Assembly: GCA_964518475.1 (NCBI GenBank)
Contig: CAZFGR010000012.1
Location: 1 to 59,564, forward strand
Direction of reading: 5' to 3'
Length of the DNA: 59,564 bases
Source: an uncultured Nitrososphaerota archaeon
GTDB taxonomy: Archaea; Asgardarchaeota; Njordarchaeia; Njordarchaeales; Njordarchaeaceae
Part shown: one piece after another, positions 28,242 to 39,072 of the stretch
Position numbering within the stretch: position 1 is the first letter of the stretch
Layout of the letters: each line of letters begins with the position of its first letter
The notes under the pieces: model-generated
Seen by the model: the letters and a program-made list of their open reading frames with translations, nothing else
What the model was told of the DNA's origin: nothing
Databases searched by the model: none
Made by a program: the position numbers and the translations under genes

Positions 28242-29348
28242 ATGATGATAAAAATTAATTACTTACCAATATTTCTCGGTACATCAATTACTTCACTAGG
28301 TATTGGTATCTTTATTATAGGATTATTAAGATATAAATTACCTGAGAGTATTAGGTCTCAGACTATTATTAAAATCCTTATATTCGGTGTTATCTTCGGT
28401 TCTATTCTCTATCCTCTTTTAGAATTAATGGGAAGTTTCGCTCCTTCTGAAATTTCTGCTAAGATTTTTTTCATACTAGCAATAATGACTTTGAATATAA
28501 CAACTTTTCTCCTTATTCTTTTCTTCGACATAATTCTATCCCCTAGTCCATCACGAGTTTTATATGGAATTGTAATACTAGCTATACTGATTAAGGGTGT
28601 TAGCCTACTTATTGAGCCAGTAAAAGTATACAGAATAGGAGCAATATGGATACGAGAAGGAGTCCTCTCTAATCTCGCTCTTTCTTCAGCTTCTATAATC
28701 CTTTTGTTACTTATTTATGAATTGTTGAAAGCTATTCGTTTAACATTATTAACGAAGAAAAAGACTCGAACAGTTCTTCTAGTCCTTTCTTGTATAGTCA
28801 TTGTCTTTATTGGTATTCTTATAATCTTTGTTTTAGCCTCGATTAATTTCATACAAAAAACAATGATACCATTTACGCAAGAGATTCTTACCTCCTCTAT
28901 CAGTCTATTATTAGCGTTTCTTGTCATTTCTAGGGTTTCTCACATATTGCTTCTTCCAATAATTGTTCATGGAATTATTATAATGACGTATGGTGGTGTT
29001 ACTGTTTATCGTGAGGGCTTTACTGATCATGGGAAAAGAACGCTTCCTATGGTTTCTTCTCTGATGGCTTCTATCATCGGTTTGACTCGGGGTATAGAGG
29101 AGCGGGAGGCTGAGAATTTATTCCGTGTCTATGAATTTGTTGAGAAGATAATAACTGTGTATTTTGGTCGTTTTTCTGTGGGGTGTGTTTACTCTAATGG
29201 TTCAAATACTGCCTTGCGTGAGTTGCTTAGGACGATAGTGAACGAGTTTGAAGAGAAAGTTGGTGTGCTTGATGAAGGAATAGTTTTTGACACAGACACG
29301 CAAATCGCCAAGGATGTCATTGGTAAGTATCGAATATTCTTTGTCTAA
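28242..29348 (+). CDS. Seven-TM membrane protein fused to a cytoplasmic longin-like domain
   Basis: 7 hydrophobic segments, then VHGIIIMTYGGVTVY..MVSSLMASI..LRELL..IVNEFE. Confidence 0.6.
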   Translation: MMIKINYLPIFLGTSITSLGIGIFIIGLLRYKLPESIRSQTIIKILIFGVIFGSILYPLLELMGSFAPSEISAKIFFILAIMTLNITTFLLILFFDIILSPSPSRVLYGIVILAILIKGVSLLIEPVKVYRIGAIWIREGVLSNLALSSASIILLLLIYELLKAIRLTLLTKKKTRTVLLVLSCIVIVFIGILIIFVLASINFIQKTMIPFTQEILTSSISLLLAFLVISRVSHILLLPIIVHGIIIMTYGGVTVYREGFTDHGKRTLPMVSSLMASIIGLTRGIEEREAENLFRVYEFVEKIITVYFGRFSVGCVYSNGSNTALRELLRTIVNEFEEKVGVLDEGIVFDTDTQIAKDVIGKYRIFFV

Positions 29349-29426
29349 AAATGTTCTGAAAATATACTTTTATTTCGTACAGAACTCTTTCTAGAAAAAT
29401 TGTTTACCTAGGCCTGGTGAGTAACT

Positions 29427-30713
29427 TTGTCAGAGAGTACTTATCATGGTGTTCTTAGCTGTGATAAGGCACTGGAGCTATTTCTTTCAGAGCTGCGTAC
29501 TCCATTTCTCGATGTTCTAGAAGTTAGTATTTTCGATTCTATTAATCATGTCTTGGCAGAAGATGTTTTATCCCCTGTGGATGTCCCACCTTTCGATAGA
29601 GCTGCAATGGATGGTTATGCTGTAAGAGCAGAGGATGTTTTCAGTGCCTCTGAAAGTAACCCTATTCCATTAAGAATTATTGGTCAGTCTATTATTGGTT
29701 CTCCATTCACTGATAGCGTTGGTCCCGGTGAAACTATCCAAATCGATACTGGAGCAAAAATGCCTGAAGGGACTAATGCTGTTGTGCCGAAAGAGTATGT
29801 AGAAAGAAGTGGAGATACGGCTCTCGTTCTTAGGAGTGTAGCTCCTTATGAAAACGTATCTAAGCGTGGGGAGGATATTAAGCGTGGAGATGTCATTTTG
29901 AGAAAGGGATTAAGAATCTCCTCATACGATGTTTCTATTCTAAAGAGTGCATTGGTTTCGCGAGTCAAAGTATATCGCTGGCCTCGAGTTGCTATTTTCT
30001 CTTGTGGGAATGAGTTAGTAGATGAGGCTCAAGAAGAGGAGTTAACTAGGTATGGTAAGGTTATAGATAGTAGTAGGACAATGATTCATAATCTGTTGAG
30101 AGAGAATTTCTGCGAGGTAATAGATTTAGGCATTGTTAGAGATGATCCGGAAGCTATAAAGAGGAAGATTCTGGAGGCTAAGGAAAGAGCTGATCTATTA
30201 GTAACGCTGGGCGGTACAAGTATTGGGGAGCGTGATTTTGTTCCTGAGGCTGTTAGGAGTATAGAGGGTGCAAGAATCGTTGTTAGAGGAGTAAGCATGA
30301 GACCGGGTAAACCGGTTGTTTTATCATTCATAAATGACTTTCCAATAATTTCTCTTCCAGGTCCACCAGTTGCGGCTTTTCTAGGATTCCTTTTCTTTGT
30401 TAAACCCGTTTTAGACAAACTCTCAGGTATTAGAGGCGTGTACGTTCCCCGGATCATCAGGGGTACTCTTACTAAAAGGCTCCCATCTCGTCCAGGTATA
30501 AAACATATCGCTAGAGTGAGAGTTGTTCGTCAAGATAATGAATACTTTGTGCATCCTATTAGGATTACTGGTGCTGGTGTACTATCAAGCATCGTTAAGG
30601 CCGATGGTCTTGTTATAGTTCCAGAAGATGTGGAAGGTTATGAGGTTGGAGATAGTGTAGAGGTTGTTCTTCTTAGGGATAGGATAGGTGTTTGGGATGA
30701 GGAAGATCTTTAG
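29427..30713 (+). CDS. moeA: Molybdopterin molybdo/tungstotransferase MoeA
   Basis: PPFDRAAMDGYAV, GNEL, GGTS.G..D, MRPGKP and LPG.P motifs. Confidence 0.93.
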   Translation: MSESTYHGVLSCDKALELFLSELRTPFLDVLEVSIFDSINHVLAEDVLSPVDVPPFDRAAMDGYAVRAEDVFSASESNPIPLRIIGQSIIGSPFTDSVGPGETIQIDTGAKMPEGTNAVVPKEYVERSGDTALVLRSVAPYENVSKRGEDIKRGDVILRKGLRISSYDVSILKSALVSRVKVYRWPRVAIFSCGNELVDEAQEEELTRYGKVIDSSRTMIHNLLRENFCEVIDLGIVRDDPEAIKRKILEAKERADLLVTLGGTSIGERDFVPEAVRSIEGARIVVRGVSMRPGKPVVLSFINDFPIISLPGPPVAAFLGFLFFVKPVLDKLSGIRGVYVPRIIRGTLTKRLPSRPGIKHIARVRVVRQDNEYFVHPIRITGAGVLSSIVKADGLVIVPEDVEGYEVGDSVEVVLLRDRIGVWDEEDL

Positions 30714-32586
30714 AAAATTGGTCTCTGTGGAAGAGGCTAAGGAAATTTTTCTAAAATTCTTTACTCCCCGTCCTGTTGGAGTAGAAGAAGTCGAGCTACT
30801 TAATTCTCTAAACCGAGTGTTGGCGGAGGACGTTATTGCTCAAATAGATGTTCCAGCATTCGATAGAACTATTGTTGATGGTTATGCTGTAAGAGCGGAG
30901 GACGTTTTCGCAGCCTCTGAAACTAACCCAGTCAAACTTCGTGTTATTGAAAGAGTTCGTACAGGGTTCAAACCGTCGAAACGTGTTGAGAGAGGATTAG
31001 CGTCAGAGGTGGATACCGGAGCCGAGATTCCTCCAGGAGCTAATGCTGTAGTCCCCATCGAGTACACCGAGGAGGAAGGAGAGTTTGTTCTTATCTACAG
31101 AAGAGTTTCTCCTGGGGCTAATATTCAGTACGCAGGCTCCGATATTGGCCGGGGAGAGGTACTATTGCGTAAAGGATACCTCCTGACCCCCCGGGATATA
31201 GGGGTATTAGCTGCTCTTGGCTATTCAAGAATTCGAGTTTATAGGAAACCTAGGGTGGGGATAATAAGTATTGGGGATGAATTACAGCTCCCAGGCACTA
31301 GTTTATCTCCAGGGAGAATATACGATGTTAATACTTATACGCTAGCTACTAGTGTGATGGAGAATGGTGGTGATCCTGTAATCATTGGAATTGCCAAAGA
31401 TGATCCAGATGATATTAGGGAAAAAATCAAGAAAGCCCTAGAAACTTCTGACTTAGTTATTTCATCGGGAAGCTCTTCTGCTGGTTACTCTGATATGTTG
31501 TATAGAATTATCAATGAGTTTGGAGAGCCAGGAGTGTTAGTGCATGGTGTTAAGAGCAAACCCGGCAAACCAGTTATACTAGCTGTTGTTAATAACAAAC
31601 CATTCTTTGGCCTACCCGGTTTCCCTACTTCATCCTTAACAGCATTTAGGACATTTGTAGAGCCCATACTTAGGAGAATGGCTGGTCTAAAAGAATTTAC
31701 TAGAAAAGAATTATCAGCGAGGATTACTCGTAGAGCCCTAGGTGAGGCTGGTCGGAGGGTCTACAAAACGGTTTCCATTCACAAGGTTCATGGCGAGACA
31801 ATTGCTTACCCACTTCCCACGATCTCAGGAGCGATAACAACATTAGCGAATGCTGAGGGATTTTTCGAGATTCCAGAGAATGAATCGTATTTACAGGAAA
31901 ACTCGATCATTAAGGTAAAGATATTTGATGAAAAGACTCAAATTCCCGATCTAGTGATTATGGGGCCGAGATCTACTAGAGTAGAGAAAGCTATTAGTTT
32001 ATTGATCAATGAGAATCCTGGTGTAAGAATAAAATATGTTAAGACGAATCCTTTATTAGCCGTGGATGCAGTACTACGAGGCGAGGCAGATATTGCTTGC
32101 GTTAATATCTTTGACCCTTCTAGCAATAGGTATAATGAGCATCTAGTCAGGAAAGATGAGCTCTCTCTAGTAAAAGGATTTACTCGCGAGATAAGTATTG
32201 TGACTGCTAGCGATAAAGAAGCTATTAACAATGTTGAGACTGCTGTGGAAAAAGGTCTTAGACTAGCAAATCGCGAGAAAGGAAGTAATTATCGTGTGTT
32301 ATTGGATCTAGAACTTATGAAACTAGCTAATCAAAAGAACACCACTTTTAATGAACTTATCGAGAAAGTTCCAGGGTACTACGATGAGTACAGAACTGTT
32401 TCATCAGCAATAATCGCTGTTGAGACTGGGAAAGCTGATTACTGCATTGCTCCTACAGAGATAGCTGAAATGTATAACGTCAATACGGCTCCATTCGCAG
32501 AGGAGAGCTTCGATTTTATAGTAAGGAAGGATACTGGTAATCCCCTAGTAACTGAGTTTTTCAACATACTTAATGAGATTAGGTGA
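30697..32586 (+). CDS. moeA: MoeA fused to a C-terminal PBP (substrate-binding) domain
   Basis: MoeA motifs (DGYAV, KPGKP, GLPGFP) plus a C-terminal NREKGS..R domain. Confidence 0.9.
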   Translation: MRKIFRKLVSVEEAKEIFLKFFTPRPVGVEEVELLNSLNRVLAEDVIAQIDVPAFDRTIVDGYAVRAEDVFAASETNPVKLRVIERVRTGFKPSKRVERGLASEVDTGAEIPPGANAVVPIEYTEEEGEFVLIYRRVSPGANIQYAGSDIGRGEVLLRKGYLLTPRDIGVLAALGYSRIRVYRKPRVGIISIGDELQLPGTSLSPGRIYDVNTYTLATSVMENGGDPVIIGIAKDDPDDIREKIKKALETSDLVISSGSSSAGYSDMLYRIINEFGEPGVLVHGVKSKPGKPVILAVVNNKPFFGLPGFPTSSLTAFRTFVEPILRRMAGLKEFTRKELSARITRRALGEAGRRVYKTVSIHKVHGETIAYPLPTISGAITTLANAEGFFEIPENESYLQENSIIKVKIFDEKTQIPDLVIMGPRSTRVEKAISLLINENPGVRIKYVKTNPLLAVDAVLRGEADIACVNIFDPSSNRYNEHLVRKDELSLVKGFTREISIVTASDKEAINNVETAVEKGLRLANREKGSNYRVLLDLELMKLANQKNTTFNELIEKVPGYYDEYRTVSSAIIAVETGKADYCIAPTEIAEMYNVNTAPFAEESFDFIVRKDTGNPLVTEFFNILNEIR

Positions 32587-32592
32587 ATCATA

Positions 32593-33228
32593 ATGATTAT
32601 ACAAGTTGAGTATCCTGGGTTAAATGTCTCTTGGGCCATTATTAGGGGCGTTAAGGTTCTGCGAACGGAGCCTCCCGCAGTTCCAAGGGCTGAAGAGAAG
32701 ATAAAACGGACTTGGAACCTTGATAAACTCTCTTTTAACCCCATTATTAGGGCGTATAGATCGTTTTTCTGGTCATTAGGCGTGGATCCTACAAAAACTA
32801 GACCATCCGCTGAAGCGTTGATTAGAAGAATACTCCGGAGAGGAAGATTACCTAGAATAAACAATGTCGTGGATGCTATGAATGCTGCTTCTGTAGAAAC
32901 TTTGATTACTCTAAGTGTTTTCGATCTTAACAAGATTTCTTTGCCATTAAGAATAAGAGCCGCGAAAGGAGGAGAAAAAATGATCGCTATAGGTCCTGAG
33001 GAATTTGTATTTCCGAAAAATTTCCCATTGATGGAGGATGCTAAGGGAGCCATTGTTGCTGCAGTAATATTTAGAGACTCCGATAATACCAGGGTAACCG
33101 AGACTACTGAGAATATCCTTGTGGTAGGCTATGCTCCAGATACCGTGGAGAGCTATATTGTTCGAAAAGCCGTTAGAATTGCTTGTAATTATATAGTGGA
33201 AGGGGCTGGTGGAAGGCTTGAGCAGTAA
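32593..33228 (+). CDS. Stand-alone B3/B4 (PheRS editing-like) domain protein
   Basis: AYR.FF..LGVDPTKTRPSAEAL.RR and INNVVD..N..S motifs. Confidence 0.88.
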   Translation: MIIQVEYPGLNVSWAIIRGVKVLRTEPPAVPRAEEKIKRTWNLDKLSFNPIIRAYRSFFWSLGVDPTKTRPSAEALIRRILRRGRLPRINNVVDAMNAASVETLITLSVFDLNKISLPLRIRAAKGGEKMIAIGPEEFVFPKNFPLMEDAKGAIVAAVIFRDSDNTRVTETTENILVVGYAPDTVESYIVRKAVRIACNYIVEGAGGRLEQ

Positions 33229-33253
33229 TGATTTTTTCTGCCGAAAACATATC

Positions 33254-33919
33254 TCAACAATCTATTTTCTTGATCACACGCATTATTTCATCAAACGAGA
33301 TATCATGAATAATAGCAGCTGCTTCTTTACTCATTAATTTAGTGGAATCTCCTTCGCTAACTATAATGGCTTTCACATCTGCTCTCTTCGCTGCTTCCAA
33401 ATCAACTGGGTGATCACCTATCATAACCGTTTGAGAAGTATCCACTTCAAGCTCCTTACATATCTTAAGGATACCGTCTGGGAAGGGTTTAGGTCTCTCA
33501 ATATCATCTCTAGTGACTAGTTTATCCACTAGATCAGCTATACCGAATCTCTCAAGTACCTTTCTGGCATATTTTTTACTGTTAGAAGTTAAGATAGCCA
33601 CTTTAAAACCCATTTTCTTTAGTGAAGTAAAGAGATCTCTGAGGCGTGTTTTTTCCTCAACATAGGGTAATGCTTCTAGCTCAATCCTCTCTATTATCCG
33701 AAAAACCTTTTCTCTTATCTTTCTCGGATCTACACCATGTTTCTCAGCTATTTCCTTAGAAATGTAGTAAATCTTTAAGAAAAAGGGTGGGGACGGAGAT
33801 ACCTTTACACCGTACTTCTCTTCTAGATATTTACTGGCTTCCTCCCTAGCTGCTCGTAGATTCTTAAAGTTTGTTTTCACCAAAGTTCCGTCGAGATCAA
33901 AGATTATCAATTTTATCAT
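33254..33919 (-). CDS. HAD-superfamily phosphatase
   Basis: FDLDGTL, LTSN, KP.PDG and IGD...D motifs. Confidence 0.9.
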   Translation of the reverse strand: MIKLIIFDLDGTLVKTNFKNLRAAREEASKYLEEKYGVKVSPSPPFFLKIYYISKEIAEKHGVDPRKIREKVFRIIERIELEALPYVEEKTRLRDLFTSLKKMGFKVAILTSNSKKYARKVLERFGIADLVDKLVTRDDIERPKPFPDGILKICKELEVDTSQTVMIGDHPVDLEAAKRADVKAIIVSEGDSTKLMSKEAAAIIHDISFDEIMRVIKKIDC

Positions 33920-33925
33920 TCTTAA

Positions 33926-34210
33926 TCACTGGAAGAAGCTCATTATTGAAAGTTGTTTATGTCTCTTGAAAACAAGATGCGCTCGTGGTCCCCTCACTTT
34001 GTATACGAGGATTTCTGTCGTAGAATTCCTCTCGATGATTTCTATTTTTACACCTCTTAAAGATCCTCCAAATAGTTCTCTCAGCCTATCCATCACATCC
34101 TTAGCACTATTTAGCTCCTCTTCCCCACTTTCTCCCCCCTGCTCATAGGTTAATCGATACGGCGGTGTTCCCTCTTTAACTATTTTTCTAAGCTCCCGTA
34201 CACCAACCAT
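33926..34210 (-). CDS. Hypothetical protein
   Basis: SD GGTGA, ATG start, 6-nt gap to the HAD gene. Confidence 0.6.
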   Translation of the reverse strand: MVGVRELRKIVKEGTPPYRLTYEQGGESGEEELNSAKDVMDRLRELFGGSLRGVKIEIIERNSTTEILVYKVRGPRAHLVFKRHKQLSIMSFFQ

Positions 34211-34388
34211 ATCTTTGGTTCACCCCACAATTATGTGAAAGCGTCAGTAGAATACTATTAACATACTTTTTGTACTTTATTAGTAACTTTTTCTATTACC
34301 GATAGTTAATGTTCGGAGAAATTGTTAGAGAAAACTCTTATTTGCGAATTACATTGCTTTCATAAGATATCCTGCTTGGTGTGGGGCC

Positions 34389-35723
34389 ATGGATTATTTA
34401 AAAATGTTTGTGAATATTCTGTCCGAGATGATACGATATAAAAGCTTAGCAATTAATAAGGAGGGGTGCGAGAATACAGCGTATTATCTTAAAGAGATAT
34501 TGGAAGAGATTGGCTTCCATGTGGAAATTCTTAAACATCCAGAGGGAAACCCGGTTGTGCTTGCTAGTATCAAGGGTTCTAGCCCTAAATACCTAATGTT
34601 CTACAATCACTACGATGTTCAACCAGTAGATCCATTAGAGGAGTGGGATAGTGATCCATTCAAACTCGTTGAAAGAGGGGGGTACCTCTATGGAAGAGGC
34701 GTCGGGGATAATAAGGGGAACATAGCTTCTCGAATAGTAGCAGTTAAGAAAGTTATTGACGAACTTGGCGAGTTACCAATTGGTGTGAAGTTCGTTATTG
34801 AGGGAGAGGAAGAGGCTGGCTCTCCTCATTTATTGGAGATGCTGCAGCAGAGAAGAGTTTTCTTTAATGATGTTGTGGGAGTAATCTGGGAGTTCGGAGG
34901 CTTTAACCGTGACAGCTCTATCTCTATTGTTTTGGGTTTGAAAGGTATTCTTTATGTCGAGTTTGAGGCCAAGAGATTAAGAAGAGATGCTCATTCCTCA
35001 TTGGCTGTCCTGTTACCCAGCGCCGTCTGGAATCTCATAAACTTCCTAATCGATCTCAAAAGAAACAATCTGAGACAAATAAAGAGCTTTTGGAAAGGAA
35101 TAGTGGACGTTGAAAATATTATTGAGGCTCTCGAGAAAACTGAATACGAAATAGCGTTTGACCCAAAGTCTCTAAAAGAGGAGTTTGGAATTAAACAATT
35201 CGTGAACAACTTAGAAGGCAGAGAGGCTCTCTTAGCATATTTTGGAAACCCAACCTTTAACATAGATGGTATACTAGCCGGCTATACTGGTCCAGGATCA
35301 AAAACTGTTCTCCCAGCAAAAGCGTTAGCAAAAATAGATTTCAGGCTCGTTCCTCACCAGAATCCAAAAGAAATCGCTGAAGAATTATGCGAATACGCAA
35401 GGAAATGGGGTATAGAGTGCCGGATTCACTCAATGACAGATCCCGCTTATACAGATTTTAAGCACCCATTTGTTCAGCGAATCTTGAATATACTAAAGAG
35501 AAAAGGCGAGCGTATAAAAGTTGCTCCTTGGTCCCCTGCTAGTGGTCCAATGCATGTATTTACTAAATACCTAGGTCTTCCCGTAGTTTCTGGAATTGGC
35601 GTAAGTTATTGGGGATCTAAGCATCACGCACCGAACGAGAATATAAGACTAAGCGATGTTCAAAGAGCCATAGAAATTCTGGAAACCATTCTAAAGAGCG
35701 AGGAACTTTCAGGGGAGGCTTAG
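34389..35723 (+). CDS. M20 family dipeptidase/deacylase
   Basis: YNHYDVQP, GRG.GDNKG, EGEEE.GS and HAPNE motifs. Confidence 0.9.
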   Translation: MDYLKMFVNILSEMIRYKSLAINKEGCENTAYYLKEILEEIGFHVEILKHPEGNPVVLASIKGSSPKYLMFYNHYDVQPVDPLEEWDSDPFKLVERGGYLYGRGVGDNKGNIASRIVAVKKVIDELGELPIGVKFVIEGEEEAGSPHLLEMLQQRRVFFNDVVGVIWEFGGFNRDSSISIVLGLKGILYVEFEAKRLRRDAHSSLAVLLPSAVWNLINFLIDLKRNNLRQIKSFWKGIVDVENIIEALEKTEYEIAFDPKSLKEEFGIKQFVNNLEGREALLAYFGNPTFNIDGILAGYTGPGSKTVLPAKALAKIDFRLVPHQNPKEIAEELCEYARKWGIECRIHSMTDPAYTDFKHPFVQRILNILKRKGERIKVAPWSPASGPMHVFTKYLGLPVVSGIGVSYWGSKHHAPNENIRLSDVQRAIEILETILKSEELSGEA

Positions 35724-35728
35724 AAATA

Positions 35729-36268
35729 ATGCATTACTCACACCCCCATGTTCATGAGAAACTACCTCAAACAGTATCCTTTGCAATAATCACGGTGAGT
35801 ACGTCTAGAGCTATTGCGAAGAAAAAAGGAGAGAAGATTGAGGATATAAGTGGTGATCTAGCCGAAGATATCATAAAGAAGGCTGGTTTTAAAGTGATTT
35901 ATCGCGACTTGATTCCAGATGGCATAGAACCTGTAAGGAGCTGCTTAGAGAAGGCTTTGCAATCCGGTGCTGACATCATTATCTTTATAGGGGGTACCGG
36001 AATCACAAAAGATGATGTAACTGTAGAGGCATTAGAACCTCTTCTTGAAAAGAAACTGAATGGATTCGGTGAAATATTTAGATTCTTATCCTTCAAGGAA
36101 GTAGGATCTGCCGCAATGTTATCTCGAACACTCGCTGGATCCTACAGGAGTGCAATGATTTTTTGCCTCCCAGGTTCTCCAAACGCCGTTAAACTGGCTT
36201 TGAAAAAACTCATCTTACCAGAATCCCGCCACATAGTGTATTTATTAAGAAGAAATCAAGATAGGTGA
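35729..36268 (+). CDS. moaB: Molybdopterin adenylyltransferase MoaB/Mog
   Basis: ITVS.S, D.SG, GGTG....DVT.EA, GFGE.FR and LPGS motifs. Confidence 0.92.
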   Translation: MHYSHPHVHEKLPQTVSFAIITVSTSRAIAKKKGEKIEDISGDLAEDIIKKAGFKVIYRDLIPDGIEPVRSCLEKALQSGADIIIFIGGTGITKDDVTVEALEPLLEKKLNGFGEIFRFLSFKEVGSAAMLSRTLAGSYRSAMIFCLPGSPNAVKLALKKLILPESRHIVYLLRRNQDR

Positions 36269-36320
36269 TTACACTATATCTTTATTTTGGGAGATACTAA
36301 GGCTTTAAGAATTCTTTCTA

Positions 36321-37562
36321 TCACTTTCTCTCCATTATAATTAGTTTTACCTTAAGATCTCCTAGAAGAATGTTTGATACGCTTTTTACTTCCCAATGCT
36401 CCCTACTGACGCTAATCATTACCTCATCGTGTGGCGTGAAGCAGACGAATATTTCTGCTCCAGACTTGTAGGAATACTCTGATAATGCTTTGTAAAGCTT
36501 TTTAATAGCTCCAGGTCTTGCTGAACGGATTCCAAAAGGTGGATTTGTAATTATCATATCAGCATGAGGAGGATCTGAGAAAAGGATATCAGCTGAGAAG
36601 AATTTTACAAATCTTCTCGGCTCGATCCCCCATTCCCTCTTTAAAAAACTTCTATATGTTTGTAAATTATCCACTGCTAACGCAATATTCTTCTGTGATA
36701 TATCGCTCCCCAAAATTTCGTACTTATCATGAAATTTCTTAGAGCGTTTCGCTAGGATCCTTGTTTCTTCTCCAAAATCACCGAGAATCCTTCTTACAAA
36801 GTCTTTTACTTTCTCTCGTCCAAGGTCGATTCCTATGGGGAATTGTTCTAGGATACTCAAGATTTCCAGTGGTATTGTACCGTATCCACACATAGGATCA
36901 TATATCACTGCTCCCATTTTTCTAGAATATGCCATATAAAAAGCTGCTGAGGCCGCAGTCGGTCTAAGAGCCGCTGAATGAATATTCTTTCTCCAAGCCC
37001 GTTTTTTATTAAGGTCACCGAATAAGTCCCAAGCTAAGATAAGAATATCTCCTATTATTGCAACGAGGATCTCTATTGTTGGCTTTTTTAAGTCTACTTT
37101 AATGCTTGGATCTAATAATATTCGCGCTGATTCACGAGCCAAATCAACGCTACTGAAGTTATGCATATATGTTTTTGTACCCCTCAGAGGGTTTCGTGAG
37201 GCAAGCCGAAGCCCTCTGAAAGCTATTCTATCTCTTTCTCTATCGATAATTTCCTCTAAAAATTCTCTGAAAACATCTCTATGTTCTCTAACTTTAGCAA
37301 GTACGGTAGAGATATCGTGGGGATCCTCTACCTCCTCTATAATCACGGGAATGAGTACTCGTGAAGCAATACGCGAAGATAAAGCAATTCTAACCAAGTC
37401 TTCGAGAGAAGAAGTCTTGACTAATGCGAAGCATCCTAGGTTTAGAGGATTGGATAAAACTTTCTCATCTATTTCAAGTTTTAGGGTTCTCTCTAGACCA
37501 GGATTCGTCATAAATAAGAGAGTTGTGAGGTTTGCTGGGTCATTGATTAGACTCTCCAACAA
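36321..37562 (-). CDS. THUMP-domain RNA amino-methyltransferase (Trm14/RlmL-like)
   Basis: T.PGLE, THUMP-like middle domain, DPMCG.GTI..E and NPPFG motifs. Confidence 0.8.
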   Translation of the reverse strand: MLESLINDPANLTTLLFMTNPGLERTLKLEIDEKVLSNPLNLGCFALVKTSSLEDLVRIALSSRIASRVLIPVIIEEVEDPHDISTVLAKVREHRDVFREFLEEIIDRERDRIAFRGLRLASRNPLRGTKTYMHNFSSVDLARESARILLDPSIKVDLKKPTIEILVAIIGDILILAWDLFGDLNKKRAWRKNIHSAALRPTAASAAFYMAYSRKMGAVIYDPMCGYGTIPLEILSILEQFPIGIDLGREKVKDFVRRILGDFGEETRILAKRSKKFHDKYEILGSDISQKNIALAVDNLQTYRSFLKREWGIEPRRFVKFFSADILFSDPPHADMIITNPPFGIRSARPGAIKKLYKALSEYSYKSGAEIFVCFTPHDEVMISVSREHWEVKSVSNILLGDLKVKLIIMERK

Positions 37563-37577
37563 AAATCCCTATATACA

Positions 37578-38852
37578 TCATAGATCTATGGGGATTACCT
37601 CGCCAAGTTCTGGTGCTACTGCGTCAAAGCCATAGTTATCACGTAGCTCGTCAGCGAATGCAACGGCGTCGTTCTCTTCACCATGGACAACAATTATTTT
37701 TTCGGCATTTTTAAGTTTTGAAACGATTTCTAATAGTTCTTTTCTACCAGCGTGTGCTGATAGGTCAAAGTACATTACTTGAGCTTTTACGTCTTTTTCT
37801 TTTCCATCAATTCTTATCTTCTTCTCGTTTAAGAGCTTGTGACCAGGTGTTCCTGGTACTTGGTAAGATACGAATATTATTGCGTTTTCTTCTTTCTTGT
37901 ACACTTTTTGGAGATACCACTCAGCCCATCCACCAGACAGCATTCCTGCCGGAGATATTACGGCTGACGGCTTCTTTAGCATTTTTCTTCTTTCACTCTT
38001 CGTTCTCATCCATTTTACTCTCCTAACGCTCGCTTTCAATGCTTTGTAATCCTTTAGGTATTCTGGATATGACAAGAGAATCGAGGTAGCTGTCTGTGCC
38101 ATACCATCTAGTGCTACTTTGCCTTTAAACCTATAATGTCTTAGAATACACATTACTTCCTGAGATCTACCAACGGAGAATGATGGGATCAATGCTACTC
38201 CTCCTTCTTTTACTACTCTCCTTACGGCTTTGACGAATCTCTTTTCTTCGCTTCTCCTCTCTGGGTGTTCTCTACTAGCATATGTACTCTCCATAATCAC
38301 TATATCAGCGTCTGTTACTATGTCCGCTCCTTCCAGAAGATGCGTCTCTATCGTATTTATATCGCCCGTGTACCATATCTTCTTACCATTGATTTCCAGC
38401 AGTATTGATGCACTACCGGGAACGTGCCCTGCATTTAATAACGTAACAATAATGTCATCGTCTATTTCTATTGGTTCATTGTATCTTACTGGAATAGCTG
38501 CTTCGAGCATTTTCTCTAAATCATATATTGTGAAGGGTAATTTTCCATTGTTTATCTTCATCATATCTCTTATTAGTAGGTCTGAGTACTCTATAGTTAG
38601 TGGCGTTGCGAATAACATTGGTCCCCTAGCTTTCTTGTAAAGCAGTGGTAATGCTCCGCTATGATCAATGTGAGCATGCGTTAAAATCACAGCATAGATA
38701 TCTAATGGATCAACAGGTAGCGGAAATTCGGGATTTTTCGAGGGTGTGCTACCATAATCAAGGAGAATCTTTTTCTGCCCCGTGTCCACTAGGATAGCTG
38801 ATGCACCGACTTTACGAGCCCCACCAAGGATCTTTATTTTCACTCTGCTCAT
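37578..38852 (-). CDS. beta-CASP metallo-beta-lactamase ribonuclease (aCPSF2-like, no KH domains)
   Basis: THAHIDHSG, AGH.PG, YTGD, MESTY, GRSQE, SAHA and VHGE motifs. Confidence 0.9.
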   Translation of the reverse strand: MSRVKIKILGGARKVGASAILVDTGQKKILLDYGSTPSKNPEFPLPVDPLDIYAVILTHAHIDHSGALPLLYKKARGPMLFATPLTIEYSDLLIRDMMKINNGKLPFTIYDLEKMLEAAIPVRYNEPIEIDDDIIVTLLNAGHVPGSASILLEINGKKIWYTGDINTIETHLLEGADIVTDADIVIMESTYASREHPERRSEEKRFVKAVRRVVKEGGVALIPSFSVGRSQEVMCILRHYRFKGKVALDGMAQTATSILLSYPEYLKDYKALKASVRRVKWMRTKSERRKMLKKPSAVISPAGMLSGGWAEWYLQKVYKKEENAIIFVSYQVPGTPGHKLLNEKKIRIDGKEKDVKAQVMYFDLSAHAGRKELLEIVSKLKNAEKIIVVHGEENDAVAFADELRDNYGFDAVAPELGEVIPIDL

Positions 38853-39072
38853 TTTTGTTCACCATTACGTACATTACTAAGTACCATATCAGGTTTTTTT
38901 ACATAACTTTGATTAGGAAGAATAATTCTAAGTCTATAGAATGTATTTAAATATTTGGATCACTACCTATGAGCCTTTCCCTCCCTTGCTCTTGCGATAA
39001 CTCTATAAACTATTACAATTAGATTTGGAATTTTAGCGAATATAAACCTACTCGCTAGGAGGTCTTCTTGGA

